A stretch of DNA of 64,000 nt from Ylistrum balloti (lineage: Eukaryota), in contig NW_026782534.1 in the NCBI RefSeq assembly GCF_031769215.1, positions 248,001-312,000 of the forward strand, in the 5' to 3' direction. The notes under the pieces are model-generated. The model ran no database searches. It was not told where the DNA came from and was given only the letters and a program-made list of their open reading frames with translations. Numbering within the stretch: the stretch's first letter is position 1; each line of letters opens with the position of its first letter. Of this stretch, positions 1-14,100 are shown one piece after another. A program made the translations under genes and the position numbers.

Positions 1-860
1 TTACCTGTGTAGAGACTGTCACACTGACACAGTAACAACCTAGATGGGGACATCACCTGTGTAGAGACTGTCACACTGAGACACTAACAACCTATATGGG
101 GACATTACCTGTGTAGAGACTGTCACCCTGACACAGTAACAACCTAGATGGGGACATCACCTGTATAGAGGATGACACACTGATAGGGTAATTAACTTAA
201 AAGGGAGACAACTGGTATAAAGGTTGTCACACTAAGGCAATAATAACATAAAAGGGGAGACAACCTGAGTAGATGATGTCACACTCAGAGAATAATTGCA
301 AAAAAGGGGAGACAACCTGAGTAGACGACGTCACACTAAGGCAATAATAACATAAAAGGGGAGACAACCTGAGTAGATGATGTCACACTCATAGAATAAT
401 TGCAAAAAAGGGGAGACAACCTGAGTAGATGATGTCACACTAAGGCAATAATAACATAAAAGGGGAGACAACCTGAGTAGATGATGTCACACTTAGACAA
501 TAATGACATAAAAGGGGATACAACCTGTGTAGAGGATGTAACACTAAGGCAAGAACTACATGAAAGGGGAGACAACCTGTGTAGTGAATGTCACACTAAG
601 GCAAGAATTACATAAAAGGGGAGACAACCTGTGTAGAGGATGTAACACTAAGGCAATAACTACAAAAAACGGGAGACAACCTGTGTAGAGGATGTAACAC
701 TAAGGCAATAACTACATAAAAGGGGAGACAACCTGTGTAGTGGATGTCACACTAAGGCAAGAATTACATAAAAGGGGAGACAACCTGTGTAGAGGATGTA
801 ACACTAAGGCAATAACTACATAAAAGGGGAGACAACCTGTGCAAAAAATGTCACACTCTA
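1..860. repeat. 52-53 bp minisatellite (~16 copies, runs off the window start)
   Basis: Recurrent unit such as ggggagacaacctgtgtagaggatgtcacactaaggcaataactacataaaa; the first three copies are a diverged subtype (cctgtgtagagactgtcacactgacacagtaacaacctagatggggacatca). Confidence 0.9.
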
Positions 861-1054
861 AAAATGATTGCTTATTTCTGTTAAGTATCATCTATGAATC
901 AGATTTAGCACTTTAACATATTTCTCAGTCAATGTAAACATTAATCTTCTGTTCTCTTTTATCAGATCATTCAAATGTATCAAGTGGTTTGGATAATTTG
1001 AAAATAAATGGAGAAAATGATAGGATGACATCATAATACTACCAGTACTAACAA

Positions 1055-1092
1055 TCAAAAAACAAAATCATCATCATCATCATCATCATCAT

Positions 1093-1129
<37 letters not shown>

Positions 1130-4063
1130 GGAATCCCTTGGTAAGGACATATTCCTGCTATGGTGAAGAAGTCTTTCTACTGTAAAACAAAAGAAAAAAA
1201 AATTGAAAACAGAGTTTCAAACACAAAATAATTTTCAGTCCTTGTTTATTTGTACACCCTGTAAAAGAATAAAACTTCTTTTGTCTTCATTTTTTAAACT
1301 GATGCAGTGTTGCCAACTCGTTTGAGTTTGTCAGATCAACCTGATACATGTATTAGTCATTTTATAGTCGGTACAATTCACTGGATATTTCTTTACATTT
1401 GATAAATTTTCAAAAATTCTAAAATCAATATTTTAGATCGAATTGAGTCAAAATAATGTTCACACACTACATACATTGGCTGATTGATAAGTTATGAGCC
1501 TAATATTTAAGGATTTTACTTCTGTTGGACATAATGTAAAATTTTCTGTTGTAATCTCCTTCAGTATCTATACACTTTTGCCAGTGATGCTTAAGATGTC
1601 CTTTTCTTGACCGTTCAGAAAGTCCTCCACTGCATGTATGAGGTCACCATCTGACCGAAAGTGGGTACTTAAAATGGCCTTTTTTTAATTTTGGAAATAC
1701 ACGAAAGTTTGATGGAATGAGATCAGGTGAATAAGGTGGATGCACTTGAGACTTGAGAATATCATCAGCATTCCAGAAAACCAAGGCCATAACATTTCCA
1801 GCTGATGAAACAGTCTTGGCCTTCTTTGGCCAGAGTGAACCAAGGTGCTTCCATAGTTTAGACTGTTGTTTGGCCTCTGGATGAAATGACAGACTATAGT
1901 TTTATCCATAATCACAAACCTCTGCAGAAAGTTAGCAGGATCTGCCTCTAAAAGATTCAGATTAGCACACAAAAAAGTCTGCCTGGTTTGCTTCTGATCA
2001 ACTCTCAGAAGTCTTCGTGTCCAAGGGGCTGAGAGCTCTCTCAGTGCAAGATCTTCTGTAAGGATGGAATGTACTCTTTCCTGTGAAATCCCAACTGTAC
2101 TTGCTATATATCTTTCTGTACCTCGCTGTCAGTCATAACAATATCATGGATTTTATTTACCATTTCTAGGGTTGCAACAGGCCTTCCAGGATGGCAGTCA
2201 TCCCTATAGCACAGTGATATTGTCCATTTTGTAAAAGTTGCTTGCCTTGTTTACTTTAGACATGAACTGACCAAATGACACAATCTTTGAGTACACAGCC
2301 TTAAATAGCCAGTGAATAGTAGAGCTAAAAAAGGACAACTTCAATACCAGGCTCACAACTTATGAATGAGCCCTCATAGAACATTGTCTATATATATAAA
2401 AATGTGATAACTATACAACTGATTTGGTTATACATGTCACATCTTTTTCCTTGATGTCCATGTAATTGACCCAATCACTTTTGACTTTGAACAGCTACGA
2501 CCAGATAATAAAGGGAAAGAAGTTGGTGACACTGTTGATTGTACAATAAAATGTGTACCATTACTTTGTGAGCTGATGAAAAAATCATGGTAGTGATAAC
2601 GTAGATAGAAAAGGAACAACTAAATCTGTTTCTGATCCTCATGGTGAGTCAATACTGTACACGTTGTTTATGGGTTGCTCTTATTTTTGAGATTTTCAGT
2701 TATATTTCAAATGTGAAATATGAGAAAATTTAGTCCAATGAAGACAAGGTATTTACCATAGCAACATATATCATGCTCTATCTACTTATCGTGAGTCATC
2801 CGAGTTAGGTAAAGACATTAACAATCGACAAATTTAATTAAAAACTGCAAATACATCTTCAAAAATATGATTTTCACAAACCTGTGGAAGAAGGAATCAG
2901 CTAGACAATGTGGAACCATGTAGCCTGTTAATGGTTCATATTTCTGCACATCAAAAACAAATTCAACAAAATTTTCAAATTTACTTTAACCACGAAAATT
3001 TAATCTAGTATCAGTAATGCAGACTGGTACCCACAGTAAGTTGAGTACAGCACATCTAACCATGCATATTATCACCGTAAGAGATATACTTAGTATAGTT
3101 TTACCTACCCGTCTCCTTTCTGTCTCGGTGATATTTTGCCACCTGCAATTGAAAGGATTTACTTATTCATGTAAACAAATTTTGTGCAATTACTTTTCAA
3201 CTTACTGTCATTACCAGTTTTGTACCTGTGAGGTTTACCTTTACTGATATACCTGTTGATTAATGAAAAAAAACACATAAAATTACCATTTATCTGCCTT
3301 TCATTTATATCTTTTGACCTATTTAATGCTTCATTCAACTTGGTTCATCATATCAAAATAAAGCATCACACAACTGTGACAATGAAATGATGGAACAGTA
3401 TACATGTTAGAAGGAAAACACAGCATAAGTGATATCAAGGCCCTGTTTGACCCACAGTAAATGACACATTAGCACAATGAAAAGGAGATATCATATGATC
3501 AAAAAGAAAACATACCGTTTCTTCGTGTTGATCCCTGCGTTTACGTAGTTCTATTGCCTCTTTCTCCAACTTCTCTTTCAGAGCATGCATACCTGACTCA
3601 GGACAAACAATATGTGCTTCCACATTTTTGGTACCACCATTAAATTTGATATCAATCTTCGACCCCTTCGTAGCCAGCTTCCTCAGTGTTTTACCCTTCC
3701 TCCCAATAAAATTCCCCACATCTTTTTCACGTAGAGATGGCAAAACCATGACCTCCTTGTTTATCTTCCTTGTCTGCGGGTTTGAAGAGATGGGATCCAG
3801 GATGCTGCAGTGATTGTTCTGAAGGAGCTGTTGTAGAAGGTAAAGGAACCTACTGGCACTGCTCTTACTGTTATCTAACAACTTATCTTGCATCATGCGG
3901 TCTCGGAAATTTTTGAGAAAACCATGAAATTCCTCACAAGGGTCTTGCTCTGCTATGAAATGATCAAAATATGGTTTTGCTGCTGCGATATTTTCTGAGG
4001 AAACTTTTTCCCATCTTTCTGTCAAAATGTCCCGTATCTGTTTTTCTTTACTGCTATTTATAC
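1055..4063 (-). CDS. KH-domain RNA-binding protein, 3' exons only (4063-3516, 3142-3109, 1179-1055); 5' exon(s) not resolved
   Basis: Exon 4063-3516 encodes a KH-like GxxG loop (DVGNFIGRKGKTLRKL...KIDI). Canonical AG/GT sites with consistent phases join it to a 34-nt exon (VAKYHRDRKET) and a terminal exon (ERLLHHSRNMSLPRDS-D12-Y-D8-FVF*). Confidence 0.65.
1067..1129. repeat. (CAT)n/(GAT)n microsatellite, probably coding for poly-Asp
   Basis: 21 triplets with one TAT interruption, in frame in the terminal exon of the KH gene model. Confidence 0.9.
1540..2240 (-). mobile_element. Degenerate mariner (D,D34D-type) transposase relic, intronic
   Basis: Minus-strand pieces HPGRPVATLEMVNKIHDIV, SAPWTRRLL (WVPRxL-like), MDKTIV (DETW-like), KKAKTVSSAGNVMALVFW, HPPYSPDLIPSNFRVFPKLK and HWQKCIDTEGDY, with frameshifts and an internal deletion before YSPDL. 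Confidence 0.85.
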
Positions 4064-6358
4064 CTGCAATATGTTGAAGAGTTCAAATGATAAAGTCGTC
4101 ACTTCAAAGTCACAGATACAGCTTTGAATTTGCAAGTTATTTTTGCGATTTTTCAAAGAATCAATTTTCACAATGGGTGTATCTCACAAACAAGATGTCA
4201 ATCAAGGTGTTTTATTCATACAAAAATCTCTCGATACCCTATACACATGTCAGTTATATCACACTATTACAATCTACTGTTTCTAATTAACATTACAATG
4301 CTGAAAATGTATCTAATGTGCTCAGTTGGTTGATGAGGGTTAGAATGGGGCATGATTGACGATTTGTTATTTAGGGGTTCATTGACGCATGGCTGAAAGC
4401 ATTGTGGCTAAGGGCTTAGTCAGGAAGTCTGACCATAGGTCAGTGGGGCGGTCACTGCTTCAGGGTCTTATGTATATCTATCAATTAGCAGAACACGAGG
4501 AGAAAGTAGATAATAATCTGTTGAGCTTCTTAGCTAGGATGAATTTATGAATGGATTCTCCGGTGTTGTACTGGACTCCTGAGGGGATGCAATATCTATG
4601 TTGTATAAAGTATAAATAAACCTGTAAATAAATATTTTATGCAAGGAAGATAAATTGTGTATAGCTGATGTGTCTAATATTCACAAAACCGCCAGTGTGT
4701 AGATGTTAATGGACAGGTGTGGTACTCAGTTCCTAAAATGGGCATGGTATCTGGATTGCTTAAGAGTCAATTAGGTCAGTGGGCTAGAACCAATATTTCA
4801 CCCAGTACACTTTTTCTATGAATACATACAATTTAAAAATCTACAGCAATTCTAGGTGCGATGGAGAACCTGGTGTACATTAGGGTGTAAGAAAGGCGAA
4901 GTGTGCTTTATTTATCAGCAACAGGTAGAGAGAAGTTTAGCAAGTTGTACATAACTGTAAATTTGTTACTTTGTTTGGATTTTATACAGTGTTGAAACAT
5001 AATAAATGGTGTTGTTTTCCTTGCTTAAATGGCAGGGTCTGCTCACAACACTCACATATGCATTTTGTGAAAAATCTCTATAACTTTAGATGACCAATAA
5101 TGAAACATCTGGAAAATATATTACATAATGAATATCAACAAGCTCCTGTTCTGTGTTCTCCCTGGGTCACTGCCCCAATAACACTGTTATTCCAATTAAA
5201 TACCATGATATTGCACCAACTGACTGATGGCTTACATTGATAGAGATACAAGCAGATATGATAGAAGAGCAAGTTTTTAGTGTGATACAATTAATAGATT
5301 AGGGAAATCCTTGATTTTATAAAACATACTGGAATTTGAACACAACAACCTCTAAATTCAGAGGACAAAAATATAAAAAAAGAATCAGACACATTTGTGT
5401 AACAGGTGAGTCACCAAATGCTTTTCAAAAATAATCACATAAAAATTAGCATTTATACAATAATTTAACAAAGTTTAAAAAGTACATTTAATTTACATTT
5501 GGGAGTAAAAAATTCAAAAATGTTTAATTTGTTTTAATCCAATTAAACATATAAAGCACAGGATTGTGTCCATCGACAAAACAATTTACCCCAATTACTC
5601 TGGATGGCATGCAACAAACTTGTTATTCAGTGTGGTAGGTAGTCACCAGTTACTACCCACCATAAAATTACTCTGGTTGTTCACATAGTGAGATACAGCA
5701 CATAGTAATTTAAAAAAAAACAGTAAAACCATGCAGGTGCCAAATGAAATGGAAATTTCTAAAAAGCGATTTCACTTTCAATTATGACGTTTACATACAC
5801 TAATGTGATCGTACGAGGTGAGGGGATTTCCATCCTCTTTAATGGTGTTCTAAAGCATCCTTTCAAATCGAAGGATACTTCTATTTTGACAAAACAATAC
5901 CTTATACAATCTCCTTCTAAACGTTGCCACATCAGGTGTAAAAGTATGTATTATCTGGTACAATCACAGTATCTGTGATACCTTACTACGTACGTTACAG
6001 TGGTAGGTCGATGTACAGCATACACACCTTTAGTTTCATTATGACATGTACAAATTGTTCGAGGAATTCTTTTTAATTGGTCCTGCTGTAACTTCCCATG
6101 TAGTCTGTTTATAACGAAGTGGTACTTGGCTCGCCATTTTATGTCGTGACAAAGACACACATTACGTGATTCGTCCATGTTGAGGAACGCAACGTTATTT
6201 TGTACTCTTCATGACGCTTGTAATTTACTAATTATCCTTCCAATACAAACACTTATGTGATAAAGTATTTCTACTTTCGCTTTGGTCAAAATATAAGTTT
6301 TCCACGAATTCTTCACGTGTGTATTTAAGTTACTTTTATGTCTCTGGTTACACCAAGA

Positions 6359-6376
6359 TTTCACTTTCACTTTTCC
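6359..6376 (-). promoter_or_regulatory. IRF-E/ISRE-like motif GGAAAAGTGAAAGTGAAA upstream of the KH gene (second partial site TGAAAGTGAAA at 5770-5780)
   Basis: Motif match only; tandem AANTGAAA/GAAANNGAAA consensus on the same strand as the KH gene, near a GCCATTTT YY1-like motif at ~6133-6140. Confidence 0.3.
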
Positions 6377-6559
6377 ATCAGTAACGTTGATATGTAAATT
6401 AAACTATGTTCAATGCAATTTCTTGAATGTTCCTGAAGCTAGTTTGAAGAGGGCAGATTGCAGTACGAGTCTGACCCTTACATGGAAGTGGAAGTAATAG
6501 AACCCTTTCTCTACCTCATTATTAAAATCTATCAACTGATGCCCAATCTTCTACACAGT

Positions 6560-8025
6560 GATCAAATACCTAGTCAATTACATTGATTCCAAAGTTCATC
6601 AAATGCCAAGTCAATTACATTGATATTAGGTTCATCAAATGTCCAGTCAGTTACACTGATATCAAAGTTCATCAAATGTCCAGTCAGTTACATTGATATT
6701 AGGTTCATCAAATGTCCAGTCAGTTACATTGATATTAGGTTCATCGAATGCACAGTCAGTTACACTGATATCAAGGTTCATCGAATGCTCGGTCAGTTAC
6801 ACTGATATCAAAGTTCATCAAATGCTCAGTCAGTTACACTGATATCAAAGTTCATCAAATGCTTGGTCAGTTACACTGATATCAAAGTTCATCAAATGTC
6901 CAGTCAGTTACATTGATATTAGGTTCATCAAATGCTCAGTCAGTTACACTGATATCAAAGTTCATCAAATGTCCAGTCAGTTACATTGATATTAGGTTCA
7001 TCAAATGTCCAGTCAGTTACATTGATATTAGGTTCATCAAATGTCCAGTCAGTTACATTGATATTAGGTTCATCAAATGTCCAGGCAGTTACATTGATAT
7101 CCAGGCAGTTACATTAGGTTCATCGAATCAGTCAGTTACATTGATATTAAGGTTCATCAAAGTCAGTTACACTGATATCAAAGTTCATCAAATGTTCAGG
7201 CAGTTACACTGATATCAAAGTTCATCAAATGTCCAGGCAGTTACATTGATTTTAGGTTCATCGAATGCTTGGTCAGTTACACTGATATCAAAGTTCATCA
7301 AATGTCCAGGCAGTTACACTGATATCAAAGTTCATCAAATGTCCAGGCAGTTACATTGATATTAGGTTCATCAAATGTCCAGGCAGTTACACTGATAGCA
7401 AAGTTCATCAAATGTCCAAGCAGTTATATTGATATTAGGTTCATCAAATGTCCAGTCAGTTACTTTGATATCAAAGTTCATCAAATGTCCAGGCAGTTAT
7501 ATTGATATCAAGGTTCATCAAATGCTCGGTCAGTTACACTGATATCAAAGTTCATCAAATGTCCAGGCAGTTACATTGATATTAGGTTCATCGAATGCTC
7601 AGTCAGTTACATTGATATCAAGGTTCATCAAATGCTTGGTCAGTTACACTGATATCAAAGTTAATCAAATGTCCAGGCAGTTACATTGATATTAGGTTCA
7701 TCGAATGCTCAGTCAGTTACATTGATATTAAGGTTCATCAAATGCTCGGTCAGTTACACTGATATCAAAGTTCATCAAATGTTCAGGCAGTTACACTGAT
7801 ATCAAAGTTCATCAAATGTCCAGGCAGTTACATTGATTTTAGGGTTCAGTTACACTGATATCAAAGTTCATCAAATGTCCAGGCAGTTACACTGATATCA
7901 AAGTTCATCAAATGTCCAGGCAGTTACATTGATATCAAAGTTCATCAAATGTCCAGGCAGTTACATTGATATTAGGTTCATCAAATGTCCAGGCAGTTAT
8001 ATTGATTTTAGGTTCATCAAATTTC
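6560..8025. repeat. 36/37-bp minisatellite (~40 copies)
   Basis: Alternating unit variants atcaaagttcatcaaatgtccagtcagttacactgat and attaggttcatcaaatgtccagtcagttacattgat. Confidence 0.92.
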
Positions 8026-9003
8026 CATCAATCTATTATAATAATTTATCAAGTGTTGAGTAAACCTCCTGATGAACATTGTATGTTAAGGTGAATTTCT
8101 CATGAAATCCTATACAGAATAAAGATCAAGTACCTCTGATCAAAATTTTTTTTATTACAAAAATATGGCCAAAGTCTTGTTGACAGGAAATCATTATGTA
8201 ACAAGTTACTTTACCTCTAGAAAACATCAACAATTATAAACATTACTACTTCAAACATAACATTTGAAAACTTACATCTGATGTGTTTGATAGTTTACTA
8301 AGGATATTGGACCTGCTTAACCAATGAACTGTCAACTGACATCCATTAAATAAACTGTGTACCAGGAAATGTTCACCCCAGTTTAATTTTTGCTTTTTTT
8401 GTCCATTAAAAAGGAGGGTAGCTTTAAGATGGAGCAAAAATTTGCTACACTTACATGACCATTTTATATAACCCTCAAAATGGCAAAAAGAACATGAAGT
8501 GAATTTGTGTAATAATGGTACAAGGGTGAAAATAACCTGGAGCGAAAGTATCTTGGTATACAGTATACAAAAAGAAAGTCTAATGTGATCAATTAAATAT
8601 TATTAATCAGTGGTCCCAGGTCATCAAGATTAATTGTATTCAAAAGATATGACCAGGACTAATTATTACCATCATAAATAAATATAAAGTCACTAAACAA
8701 AAGGAATAGTGTTAGTACTCATTAGAATACACAATATTCTATCTTTTTCTTTCTCTAAAAACAGTGTAAAGCACTATGTTTTTCATTTCTTGAAATAATA
8801 TTTCTGCTTTGCTTTATTTTACATGTATAAGGGTAAAGTACATGCAACTGGCTATTTAGTATTTAAGGTAAATGAAGCTTCCAATATTTTGAAAGGATGA
8901 AAAAAAATATGATTTTATTCATGTATTGAAGTATGGAATAAAAATGTCATCATTTGTACTGTTTCAAAAATTTCAAGAATGAAAAAAATAAGAAAAAAAA
9001 GAA

Positions 9004-9965
9004 AACAAGAGGCCCAAGGGGCCTTAACGGTCATCTGAGGAATATATGTCAATAATCTGGGGATTTTAACATGTTGCAAAAATGTAACAACACTTGTGCA
9101 GGACCATGTGTAAAACATCTGTACCAAGTTTGAACATGACCCACCCAATGGTTCTTGAGAGGAAGTCCATAATGTCTTAGCCAAACAGAGGCCAGGGTGG
9201 CCATCTTGGATTTTGAATCGCCCCAAAAAAGTTAAAAAAAACACTTGCCAGGACCTTGTGTAGAACATTTGTATCAAGTTTCCCCCTTTTTCCCCCTCCT
9301 GGAGCCCCTATTAGGGCCACGCCCTTTTTCCTCGCAAACTTGAAGCAGCTTCCCATGGGGATGCTTTGTGCCAAGTTTGGTCAAAATCCATTCCCTGGTT
9401 CTTGAGAAGTAGTCATTTAATGAAGGTTTTTTTTATAAATGGCCCCTTTTATACCCCTTACGGGCCCTAAAGGGGACATTATCACTTTTTTCAACATAAT
9501 TTCATATGTCCTTCAATAAGGGATGCTGTCTTCCAAATTTGCTTGAAATCGGTCAAAGTTGAATTTTTGACCCTTTTGAGCGCCCCCTAGTGGGTCCGTT
9601 TTTTACCAGATTTTTTTTCATTCGCAAACTTTGTATACCATGCCATAAGGACCCTAAATATCAAATATGAACTTAATCTGACTGTTGGTTCATGAGAAGA
9701 AGATTTTTAAAGATTTACCTAATTTTACCCCCTTTTTCCCCCTTCTGGGGCCCCTATTGGGGCCATGCTTTTTTTCTTCGCAAACTTGAAGCGGCTTCCC
9801 ATGGGGATGCTTTGTGCCAAGTTTGGTCAAAATCCATTCAGTGGTTCTTAAGAAGAAGTCGAATATGTGAAAAGTTAACGACACACGACGCATAGCGCAC
9901 GACGACAGACAAATCATGATGGCAATAGGTCACCATGAGCCTTCGGCTCAGGCGACCTAAAAAAG
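9004..9965. mobile_element. Helentron-like non-autonomous element (HINE-type)
   Basis: Starts AACAAGAGGCCCAAGGGGCC..GGTCATCTGAG and ends in the hairpin AGGTCACCATGAGCCTTCGGCTCAGGCGACCT followed by an A-run. Sub-terminal inverted repeat GGTCATCTGAG/CTCAGGCGACC; internal ~68-bp direct repeat (9325-9393 vs 9772-9840); GC content higher than the flanks. Confidence 0.7.
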
Positions 9966-11168
9966 GGGGATACACAATATTTAGCAACTAATAAGAAATC
10001 AAAGCAACAAGTCACTAATATACATGTATATAACAGAATTTAGTAACTTATGAGGGAAAGTACTAATCACTGACATGCGATATATAAATATCATAAGTTA
10101 CTACAATTTTACCAAGTTTCACCAAATCTGACCTAAGCACTTATGGACCCATGTATAATGACCTGGCTAAAATGACAACTGAATTTCTGCTGAATAAAAA
10201 ATGCATGCACATCTACACATGGTCCATAAAATTCCTGTGTAGTATCAATGAAGGAAAAGGAAAAAACCTTTCACTTAAATTGAGCGGCTCAAATTGAATA
10301 ACCAAGGAATGAAAACAAATTTTCTTTTCACTTCAATATTTAGTAATTCATGGAAGATATTCAAATTGAATAACCTAGGAATGAGCAAGCTACTTAATAT
10401 ATATAAACACTCAGTTATTTAAGAAATAAAGCAACAACATAGAACAATATAAATTAGGTAACCAATAAAGGAGGACATGTTATTTATCCATAGTTAATGA
10501 TGGGGAGTAGGTTATAAGTAAGATTGTCATTGATGTCATAGATACCAGGTATATGAATTATGTATGAAATATGATGTCTGACAAAATTTTTACTGCTGCC
10601 TCTCTTCATATCAGTAATAATAAATCAAACAATTTCTGACGATACAAAAGAAAAGAGAATTATATCAAAACAAACTGGAACCGTCGTCTGGTGGCCAACT
10701 CATACCCACCCACCACGCCAGAGTTGTTCGTAGAATTATAAAATGGTATATATGGGATATATATAATCCATTCAGTACTTTAGGTACAAGGGGCATAAGT
10801 TTTTGAAAGGGGAAATAACTCACTTTGATATAGATTACACACATTTGCAATATCTAAGGATTATTGCATGAAAACTCGTTGAAATCCATTTAGCAGTATA
10901 GGACTAGCTGGTACATCATTGCATTCCCAAAGGGGCACAACTTTCCAAATATGTAACAAGAAGCCAAACTGACACATGACACAAGGCAGTGTAACAAGGA
11001 GTCATGCACCCAGAGGTCAGGGATATTAAAAAAGTAATTCTTCTTCATCAAGAAAAAATACGAACTTCAATTCAAATTAATGAAAACAAAATTTTAGCAC
11101 ATGTATGGCAGTAGATAATATGAAATATTTTTATCACAATTCATGTCTATGGGGCCAACAGCTAGCAA

Positions 11169-14100
11169 CTATTGAGACAGGAACTCCCTCTCTACAGCAG
11201 CCGCCATTTCATCATCAACAGACCCAATAGATTCGCCATAGTCTGATTCACTAGCACTATCTTCAGCAAAGGCCTCCAATGTCTTTTCAAATTTCTCAAG
11301 TTCATTCTCACTTTCTTCACCTCCATCATGATACCTATCATCAGGATCCTTATCATGAGATGGACTGTTTTCATTAGAGGTTGATTTCCTGTCCTTAGAC
11401 TTCCATCCTCTCGGAAAATCACCTGTCATACTTTCCTCACTTGATGACTCATGAGCAGATTCTGAACTCAACACTTTAGAACGAAACCTTGCATCCCTTT
11501 CATCGTCGTCTTCATCTGATTCATCGTCATCAGTCTCATCCATGATTTCCTCCACCTCCTTGTCCATACAAGCTATGTCATCATCTGAAAAGGAATAGAG
11601 GGGATTGTAACTCGCTGAAAATCTCTCTTTTCTACTGCTGATAGCATCAGCTGGTTTGGATTTTTTCCCAGACTGTTTTATAACATCCTCATCGGATAAT
11701 TCCTCACTGTCCTCAGCTTTACGTTTGGAATTTCTCGACTTTTGATTGAAAACTTCTGGACTATTGCGAGAAGAGGAAGAACCTGTCGCTGTCAGCTCAA
11801 ATAACAGTTCATTTACCCTCTCATACCTCTCCCCACAACTCCACAGCCAATTTGGCGTAACAATATACACTCCTTTAGCTTTTTGAGCAGTCCTCACTTT
11901 AACTGTGCCAAGCAAGGCTGCAACTACATGTGTGGTTGCATCAGTGTTGTTTCCTTCTTTTGGTATGAATCTTGTTTGAATATTTGCCCCCAAAGCTTTA
12001 GCAACAATGTAAGCCCTGCTTTTCTCTGGGGGCATATTGGTGGGGAAAACACCACTGAATACTATGTTGCAGCCCTTTAGCACCTTTCGTTTGACATAAG
12101 GGATAATGTTTTTGAGGTCTGGATAATCAGTTTTGTCTTTGACAGTCTTATTCTGTAGTTGATCATATAGATCATAGAAGGCCTTATGGATCCGTGTCAG
12201 AATTTCTTCTAGGTACAGGAGATAGTCATCATCATCATCCCATTCTATTTCTTCATTTTTGTTCTCATCCTCCTCAAGTTTACTGCTGCCATTGTTCTTT
12301 TCAGCTTTGTCTTTTTCACTATCAGTTTCTTTTTTACTGACATCTTTTTTATCATCACTGGTTTTTGTACCTTCTTTTGTGTCACCTGTTTCCATGGATA
12401 TCTGTTGTGATGTTTCACAATTTGATTGACCTTCTTTTGTTACATTATTACCATCAGACATTTGACTGCCATCTGTACCAGATGTCACTTCAATGTCACC
12501 CTCCAACTTGGGATTTTCATCTGTGGTTTTCAGTTCTGACTCAGCTGACTTTAAATTACTACCCTTTGAAAGATTATCTCCCTTTGCATCCTTATAATCT
12601 ACACATTTTTGATCTTCATCTGTCTCTTCTTTTTTACTGCCTTCCTTTTCCTCCCTAGAATCTGACTTAGACACTTTCCTGACCGTGTGTGTTATGGGCT
12701 CACTGTCTTTCTCTGTCTTTGTCATTCCTGGTGGGGCGTTAATATCAGCAGTGCCCTGAAAGAACCTGTACGGCTTCACATGAATCAGGTTTGGGGAGAA
12801 ATTCCATACGTCTTCTCTATCATCAATGATACACACCATGTAATCACCACAAGGAAACAAGGCTCTGAAATACACAACTAGGCATTGTTAGAGACATAAT
12901 ACATACTTAATAAATTCAAACCACAGAAAAAGTCTTTTGTAACTCAAGAAATTAAGAATTAGAAAGAAACACTCTTCCTTAATAGTTTGACTGTACAAAG
13001 AATAAAACTTTCTTAATTCTTTTCCTTGCATTTCTTGCACTTTTATGCACCAAGAAAATTTTACAAATAAACAATAAAATTAAGAATGCAGTATAGACAT
13101 TACCATTTGCACAGTTCTAAAGTTCTCTGCGTATAATTTAAGATGTCATGGCTATCCCACAGGTGTTTAAGTAATAATCTTGTAAATATATATATATATA
13201 GGATACCTTACTAAAGGATGATTATTAAGACCTTAACAGGCCTTGATTATATATATATATAAATATATTGATCTCAGCATGATAATAAAATAAAGCACAT
13301 AATGGAATATTATAATTGGATCAAATAGACCTTGCACTATCATTTTATCAATTGCTGATGTAAGCATTTTATCAACTGCTGATGTAAGCATTTTATGAAT
13401 TACTGATGTAAGTATTTTATCAATCACTGATGCATGCATTTTATGAATTTATCTGTTACAATATTATTTACTTCAGATTTGCTGTCTTTGAGTTTTGGTT
13501 GAAACATTCGTCCCTTGACAGGATGCGGTGTGAGAAGAACTTTCCCTCTGGGTCAAGGAAGCGAGCTATAGTGTGAGCATACATACGAACACCAAATGTA
13601 CAGATATGTAGCTCATACATCTTGGAGACAGTTTCCAGGAATTGCAGAGTCTGAGGACGAATACGTGTATGGTACCACATCTGAGAATTGCCATGGGGAA
13701 GTTGGAAGTGATTAACACCCTGAAATCAACAACAAACATCATGTCAATTATAATTTGTTCATGCTTCAACCACAACAGAACAATGATTCAAATTCTAAAT
13801 TGAATTTTTTCCATACCAGTATATAGCAGAATAGTAACAACCATTTGTAGTTTAGAAGCCAATATGCAGCTATAGCTTAAACTTTAAGTTGTAGTTTACA
13901 AATGAATACGGTTTTGGTTTAAGTTTTATCAACTAATGTAACAATATAATGTTAACATGAAATTTCTCTCTATGAATATGTATCCAATCTTCAGTTTGTT
14001 ACAGTGTATTTCTGTTTAATGATTTCACATAGCTTTGCCTTTAATTTCTGGTATATAAACCAATACTGCTGTATCATTAGTTTTGTTATTTCCGGTGAAT

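Noticed and set aside
1685-1972. 95-aa ORF as an independent gene
   Set aside because: A frameshifted piece of the mariner transposase relic.
2445-2645. Plus-strand open stretch (LDVHVIDP...KKSW*) and a GTGAGT donor at ~2644
   Set aside because: No acceptor/start context or recognisable homology; antisense within the KH-gene intron.
4300-4900. Possible degraded reverse-transcriptase (Penelope-like) fragment on the minus strand
   Set aside because: Only a weak GSPIAP-like motif across frameshifts; needs TBLASTX to support.
6620-7212. ORFs with FIKCPVSYIDIR repeats; array superficially CRISPR-like
   Set aside because: Contiguous 36/37-bp tandem units with no unique spacers and no cas genes, in a eukaryotic context.
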